A stretch of 63,003 bases of DNA, counting the filler, from Sphacelaria rigidula (Eukaryota), in NCBI GenBank assembly GCA_964200075.2. It is 9 parts of 9 records of this genome, joined end to end, with 100 filler letters (N's around TTAATTAATTAA, not from the genome) between each part and the next. Parts side by side here need not be neighbours in the genome. Positions count along the whole stretch, not along the records: positions 49,082 to 55,992 come from CAXNAA020017452.1; positions 56,093 to 63,003 come from CAXNAA020017453.1; 7 more parts are not named here. One strand, given 5' to 3'. The first letter of the stretch is position 1; each line of letters starts with the position of its first letter. The notes under the pieces are model-generated. The model ran no database searches and had not been told where the DNA came from. It was given only the letters and a program-made list of their open reading frames with translations. The position numbers were made by a program, and so were the translations under genes. Below are positions 55,936 to 63,003 of the stretch, piece after piece.

Positions 55936-58099
55936 CTTATCTCGAGCAAAATCTCGCTGGGGGCGAAAACAAAAACAACAACACCAACAGGCNNNNNNNN
56001 NNNNNNNNNNNNNNNNNNNNNNNNNNNNNNNNNNNNTTAATTAATTAANNNNNNNNNNNNNNNNNNNNNNNNNNNNNNNNNNNNNNNNNNNNAGTCCTTT
56101 GTCACCAGGTGGGTCAGCAGTTCACAGTGATATGCTTACATCGGGTTCATTCGGGGAACTGGGGAAGCTGTGGTGTGAGCAAATTTGAGCAGCTTTTAAG
56201 CTGGCCCAGCTCGTATACCAATCCAACAACGGCAAACGGACCTCGACCTCCGCCATCATTGATCACCCGTAGTGATATCGTTATCAAACTCTATTTACCT
56301 GGTACATCCCAGAATGCACCCAGATATAAGATCCCAACTTGAATTCAGGACCGTTATATCCCATCGGTCGATTAAGCGCGATGTAAAATGCAATTCATGT
56401 CCCAACAGACTTGAAGCTCACCTGCATCGCTTCCTTAGACAAACGGACACTCCATCCATCTGATCCTTTCAGGCGGAAATGAAATATTCCCTCAAAAGAA
56501 GTTCCATAGCCAAAGACCACTCATCTTCAACCACAAGAGACACGTGTTTTCCTTGCGCACATACAAGCCTACGCATTTCGTAGTTACTGCTCATTTGAAC
56601 GCCAACAGCAGCAATAACCATCTTCTACAGTCAGTGCCCACAAACCGCACAAAAAGAACTCCGCCGCGGGTCTATGTGAGTAGGAATATACGAGCTTCAC
56701 CTTATCCAGCATACAGCAGTATATTGGAAATTGCCTCACCCTGACTCTTCGGTGGTTACCATGCGCACTAACTTACTATACCGAACATTCCACACATGCA
56801 TGCCAGCATTTCACCCAGCACATGCAATGCCACCTTCCTTGCAAAAAACACCATACACCGCCGTGCCAACCAGATCAGCACAACACACACATGCCAAATG
56901 CCCACGTGTACGCCAGCATTACAACCTGCACACGCGATACGATCATACTCGCTCAACAACCATGTTTAATGCGCAAACATGACCACGAACCTCACAATAA
57001 CAATCTGCAATCGTTCTCAAAACGATTCGTCAATTCCACCAGCCATAATGTGTTTTTTCATTTTCAACAAGCACTCAATAACCACAGCACGTGCTCCTCA
57101 ACATCAGCACCCAACTCAGCGCTCACCACAACGGCAAGAACCTCAGGTAATGCCTTCTTTGTAGTCCTCCAGCCCGCTGCTGAGAAACAGCAGCACTGGA
57201 ACCACACCGCCGTGCACCGCGTAGACCGGCATTTCCACTCGAACACTCGCTCCTCTCGCCATGAGTCCAGCTACAGCTCGCACCCTCGTGGAGCCGCTCA
57301 GCTCACCACTAAACAGTATATCCGCACCGCCGAACCAATGCGACAAGCCATCTTGCCTCCACAGATACTTGGGCAGTACTAAACACCTGTGCTCAGTCAC
57401 TTTTATAGAGGAAACCAGTGGCGAAACGGGAACAGCTACACAGTCCCGAACAGCAACACCTCCTGATGGCACACTATCCTCCTCAAACACCCCACGGCGC
57501 AACGGTGGAGAGATCTCCTCCATCGCCGCCAAACACGCCAAAGCTGTCCCTGTAAACAAACAGCAATGCGTACGACCACTGCAACACCACGCAATCCAGC
57601 GAATCCACATCCGCCAACCCGGCATCCACTTTTCCTGCAAGCAGACACCCCTGCGAATCATCTGAACCATTTCTCGCCGAATCACTGGAGCAAATTGACT
57701 CGCCCTGAGCATCGCAAGCCCCAAGCTTGCTCTGCTCACTCTCATCACGAAGATAACACCCCCTTGCAGCGGTGAGCATGCAAGGTGTGTTCCCGATCAC
57801 GCTCTGGTCCGGCGGCCACAAGCAACGAGTGCCTTTGCCTCTCAGCGCTAGCTCATCGGAGCAAATTGGCTTCGCGCTTCCAACAGCAGCGGCAGCAGCA
57901 GCTGGATTAAATAGACCGGCTTCAGCCACCACGTTATGCCCAGCCCACTCCTGAACGGCACCAGCGGCAGCTGAGCTGCCTGCAGTCCGCTCGAGCAGCG
58001 TGGCATTTTGCCCTCTTCAAGGGCAATACCAGGAGCATCCAAACCAGTGCCTGCTGTGGTACAGTCGGCGGGCGCGCTCTCATACCTACCCGCTTTGAC

Positions 58100-58662
58100 A
58101 GATACGTGCTGTGTCTCCTCCGCGCTCTGCACAGTATAAACAGCTGCCCTGTATCGTCGCTTGAGACGCGCACCACCGACTACACGTTCAGCGGGTGCAC
58201 TATCATGCCTCTCCCCTCGGGCAGACACATGCTTCTCGGCTTTCACAGCGCAGGCAGCTGCCCTGTGTCGTTGTTTCAGACGCGCAGCACCAACAGCACG
58301 TTCGGCGGGTGCGCTGTCGTGCCTGTCCCCTCGGGCAGACACGCGCTTCTCGACTTTCACAATGCAAGAAGCTGCCCCGTATCGTTGTCTCAGACGCGCA
58401 CCACTTACTGCACCCTCGGCAAGCGCACGGTCGTGCCTGTCCCATCTGACAAACACATGCTTCTCGCCCTTCACAGTGTAAATAGCGGCCGCGTATCGTT
58501 GTTTCAGACGCCCACCACCTACTGCACGTTCAGCGGGTGGACTGTCTTACCTGTCCCCTCTGACAGACATATGCTTCTCGGCTTTCACAGCGCAAGCAGC
58601 TGCCCTGTGTCGATGTTTCAGACGTGCAGCACCTACTGCACGTTCGGCGGGTGCACTGTCGT
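58100..58662 (-). repeat. 114-bp (38-aa) tandem repeat, about 5 units; about 2.5 units at 62020-62290
   Basis: CAGACAC-type anchor at 58222, 58336, 58450, 58564; translates on the minus strand as KHVSARGDRHDSAPAERAVGAARLKQRYRAAAC-like units. Confidence 0.9.
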
Positions 58663-59117
58663 GACCTCCATGACGTGAGGCTTGGTTTTGCTACTCTGGT
58701 GGAGAGAGGCTATGGTCCTGTTCTCCTGTACTATGCTGAGGGTTAGTGCATGAACAACTAAAGCTGCGGAAGTTCATGTGCCCGTGATGGGAGGTGTCCA
58801 CATGGCGATCTGATCTCGAGTGACAGAGTTAGTTCTATAATAAACGTTCATTAAGTCCGCTGACTGGCGGTAGGTCCGCTGAAAAGCAGCTGACACATGA
58901 AGATAGGGAAGTCTGCAGGCCTGATCACTTTGCAGCAAACGAGATGTAGACTTCTGTCACTCAAGATCAGATTGCCATGTGGACTCTCCCATCACGGGCA
59001 CATGGACTTCAGCAGCTTTAGTTGTTCATGTATTTACCCTCAGTATAGTACAGAAGAACAGGACCATAGCCTCTCTCCACCAGAGTAGCAACACCGAGCC
59101 TACTCGTCATGGAGATC
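58663..59117. mobile_element. Long-TIR (~165 bp) non-autonomous element, Mutator/foldback-like
   Basis: 58663-58827 is a close reverse complement of 58953-59117; no TSD found. Confidence 0.8.
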
Positions 59118-59119
59118 AA

Positions 59120-62100
59120 CCATCACAGAGTCCGGCCATCAGACCCCCAACTCCACCTACAATGTCCCTGACCTCAGGTAACAGTGGTGACTAGAGTCTA
59201 CAGCATCCCCAAAGCTCTCTACCACCAACAAGTAGTTACATCAGAGCTTGACAAACTCAGACATCATTGGTGCCTGATAGTACCGTCGTTTCCGCAGAGA
59301 ATAGCAATCTCTTCCGACAACAGCTCCATACAAGCTTGCCCCACTTCCGAACAACTCGCAAGAGATCCCAAGAAAATATCGTCCATCATGAACATGCAAT
59401 CATGCTTCTTGCATCACTTCGAGTTGCAAAGCGATAGCTAGCGCCAAATTCTCAAGCCTTCCCCCAAAACAAGTCTCTTGAGTCTTCATCGGCACGAAAC
59501 CGGAAATGTCAGCACACGTCAAATTCCAGAGTATTCGTGACTCATCGTCCCTCTCATCCGAGACAAGGTACTTCTTAACATACAAAATGCACTTTTTGTA
59601 CGTTCAACACCTGCGCGACGGAGGGCAACAGCCGAATGATACATCACCCTCACGCTAGAAGGACGTAAGCACCCAACACGTCCAAAACGCACCTGGCCTC
59701 TTGCTTTTGCAACACCGTAAAAAACGTATGTATCGCATGCCTCCCCGCCGTCAAAGCTTCAATGCTTCAACTTGCCATCATTTCATTCAGACAATCCAAG
59801 GAAAGTCATGACTCAAACCGCTATATAAGGCATGCATACTAATCCAACGACGGCGATCGGATCTCGACCTCCACCATCATGGATCCCCCGCCGTGATCTC
59901 GTTCTCGAACTCTTGTGTTCGAGCAAATCTCGGACATTTCTATATCTCATTCGGATCTTGGACCGTTATATCCCATCCCTGCATCAGCCAAAATGTAGAA
60001 ATAATGAATTCCTCGACACTCTTGCAGTCCACCTGCACCAGTTCTTCGAAAAAATGGACGCATCGTCCACATGCTGCTTCTGCATGAACGAAAAACCAAC
60101 CACGTGCTCGTTCAAACACGTGACAATCCATACAAAAACGTGTCACGGTCAGATCATTGATGCAAGCGCATAATTTCTTGATCTTTAATGACCGGAAGCA
60201 CTCGCGTCATACCTGCTCACATACGATGAGCCTACGCATGTCGTACATTTCAGCTCATTTTCACGCTAACAGCAGTTGCCACCGACTCCTACAGTCAGCA
60301 CGAGCCTACGTATTTTGTAGTGTTTTGCTTATTTTCACGCTAACAGCAACAACTCATATATTCTGCAGTTAGTACGTGCAAACCGCACAAATATGATTAG
60401 ACTGTGTTCTGCGCGAACAAGATTAAACGAGCTTGCTTCTCTTCATTAAGCATACTGTAGTATATTGAAAACTGCCCCATCCGTAGGTTGTCAGAAGAAA
60501 CCATTCATATTAGTACCATTCGAGCAAAAACTCGCACATGCCTGCAAGAAATCCACACAGCGTAAGAAAATCCGCACATGCACGCCAATATTTCACTCAG
60601 CACATGCAATGTACCTCTCTTGCAGAAAACTCCATGTATTGTCCGTGCCAACCACATCAGCACATCACACACATGTCATATACCCACGTGTACGCCAGAG
60701 TTTTACCCTGCACACGCGATACGATCATACTCGCTCAACAACCATGTTTCATGCGCAAACATGACCACAAACCACACAATAACAAGCTGCAATCGTTCTC
60801 AAAACGATTCCTGAAAACCAGTCATAATGTGTATTCTCATTCTCAACAAGTACTCAATTACCACAGCACTTGCTCCTTAACATCAGGACCCAACTCGGCG
60901 CTCACCACAACAGCAAGAACCTCAGGCAATGCCTTCTTTGTAGTCCTCCAGCTCGCTCCTGAGAAACAGCAGCACTGGAGGAACCACAACCCAGTGCACA
61001 GCGTGGAGTAGCCTTTCCTCTCGGACACTCCCTCCTTGCACCTTCAGTCTAGCCACAGCTAGCATCTCCATGGTGTAGCTCAACACGCCGCTCAAAGATA
61101 AATTCGCATCACCACACCAATACGACAGATACTCCGCCCCAACAGATGCTTGCGCATTCACGAATGCTCGTTCTTCAGTCGATTTTACAGAGGAAATAAG
61201 AGGCAAAGCGGGAACATCCGTACAGTCCCGAACAGCAACAGCTCCTGATGGCATCACGCCATCTTCGTCCAGTACCTGACCGTACAGCGGCGAAGACACC
61301 GCGATCAACGCCGCCAAATACTCCACACCTCTCAATGCATACAGAAGTGCACACGACCACCCCGACACCACGCCACGCTCGTCGTCGCCGTCAGAATTGC
61401 AATCGCTAACAGCATCACGAGCTTCTAGCTCGCTCTGCGTACCCGCTTCACGCGGGTCACACGCCCCTGTTGTTTCGATCATGCAATGCGTGTTTACAGC
61501 TAGGCGCTGCTCCGGCGGCAATTCCGCCAACCCGGCATCCACCCGTCCGTCAAGCAGACACCCCTGCGAATCATCTGACCGATCTCTCGCCATGTCACTG
61601 GCGCAGATAGATTCACCCTGCTCGTTCGCAAGCCCCAAGCTTGCTCTGCTCACTCTCATCACGAAGATAACACCCCCTTGCAGCGGTGAGCATGCGAGAT
61701 GTGTCCCCAACCACGCTCTGGTCCGGCGGCCACAAGCAACCTAGACCTTTGCCACTCAGCGCTAGCTCACCGGAGAACACTGGCTTCGCGCTTTCAACAG
61801 CAGCGGCAGCATCGGCTGGATCGAAAATTCCCGCTTCAGCCACCACCTCCTGCTCTGCGCACTCCTGAACGGCAACGGCGGCAGCTGAGCTGCCTGCAGT
61901 CTACTTGAGCTGCGTGACATATTTGCCCTCTCCAGCAGCAATACCAGCAGCATCCATACCAATGCTTACCGTGGTACTTTCCGCGGGCGCGCTCTCATGC
62001 CTACCCGTTTTGACAGACACGTGCTGCGTCTCCTTCCCGCTCTGCACAGTGTAAACAGCTGCCCTGTATCGTGATTTGAGACGCGCCCTACCGACTGCAC

Positions 62101-62597
62101 GTTCAGCGGGTGCACTATCGCGCCTATCCCCTCGGGCAGACACATGCTCTTCGGCTTTCACAGTGCAGGCATCTGCCCTGTATCGTTGTTTCAAAAACGC
62201 AGCACCTAGTGCACGTTCGGCGGGTGCACTGTCGTGCCTGTCCCCTCGGGCAGACACGCGCTTCTGGGCTGTCACATTGCAAGCAGCCCCACCGGACGGC
62301 GTATGCTTGCGCAACGCGAAAAGTAACTGCTCGTTCTCAACATCATAATCATGCTTCAAGAACGTGTCACACGGATTATCGCAATATTTTTCGGCATGAG
62401 CTCAGAAACTGCTGCCAACGCAAAAAGGTTTGTCCACCACGCGTTCACTTGATCTACATCTCGCAAATATTGCTCGTATTTCCGTAAAAACTCGGCCAAT
62501 TCTCGCTCGAAAACTTGCGGCCGTAGTACGGCATCTCAAGCGCCAGTACAGGAACAACACGACCGTCGACGATCACATAATCCTGCACCTCATCCAT
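59120..62597 (-). pseudogene. Degenerate ORF of probable transposon origin (gag-like N-terminus, 38-aa repeats, Cys-rich downstream fragments)
   Basis: ATG at 62597: MDEVQDYVIVDGRVVPVLALEMPYYGRKFSSENW, frameshift, EFLRKYEQYLRDVDQVN...; continues through broken minus-strand ORFs 61901-62359, 61613-61846, 60922-61710, 59400-59585. Confidence 0.35.
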
Positions 62598-63003
62598 TTC
62601 GGTCAGCAGTACAGCACTCCACACCGCCTTTTTGAAAAACGAAGTCGCCTCCCCCTCACAGGAACAACAACTCTCTCCTTACACCGAGACGCGCTGTACC
62701 ACCTTACAACAACAATGGCCGCAGCGCCTCTTCCTCACGCAGGTCTGACAACGTGTTTGAAGTCCCTAGACTCCTCTTCCTGGCGTACCTGGCCAAGCGT
62801 GGAACACGCAACCCTCGCTGGCTCCACTAAGCAGTACGGTGATTGCGCCGCTTTTTCTGGAACGCGCACGGGCTCGCCAGCTGTCGGTCAACCCCCCGCA
62901 CCTCTCGCACGAGCGATACCACAGCCCACCCTAGCACTGCCTCAGAACCTCCTCGGCTCTACTTCTCCAACTCCTCGCGACGTTAACACGCCTTGAGCTG
63001 GTC

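Larger units (their letters stand above)
56215..62290. repeat. Diverged direct duplication of a ~2.45-kb segment (56215-58662 and 59836-62290)
   Basis: Colinear blocks, e.g. 56925-57200 vs 60706-60980 and 57715-57860 vs 61628-61770. Confidence 0.9.

Noticed and set aside
62430..62996. 188-aa plus-strand ORF
   Set aside because: No recognisable motif; the minus strand gives the more protein-like reading.

Overview
This window is not one locus. It is nine unrelated contigs of 6912 or 6911 bp (1-6912, 7013-13924, 14025-20936, 21037-27948, 28049-34959, 35060-41970, 42071-48981, 49082-55992, 56093-63003), joined by artificial 100-bp N44-TTAATTAATTAA-N44 linkers. The DNA is eukaryotic, repeat-rich and intron-rich, with short GT-AG exons in long introns; by inference it is most like a brown alga or other stramenopile. 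Four partial spliced genes can be rebuilt with consistent exon phases: an ABCC/MRP transporter C-terminus (-), VPS13 (+), exportin-1 (+) and the DNA polymerase epsilon catalytic subunit (-). The rest is mostly transposon debris: a decayed Ty1/Copia element, tRNA-derived SINEs, several MITE families with verifiable TIRs and TSDs, foldbacks, minisatellites and a duplicated degenerate ORF region. The most unusual signals are (i) a LINE 3' end and a fixed-length ~315-bp companion repeat that share the terminus ATGAGTAY and end in C-runs rather than poly(A), and (ii) a TG...CA MITE with 5-bp TSDs that carries telomere-like TTAGGG repeats. No prokaryotic system or CRISPR array is supported. All protein and family calls are from motif recognition by eye; no searches were run.
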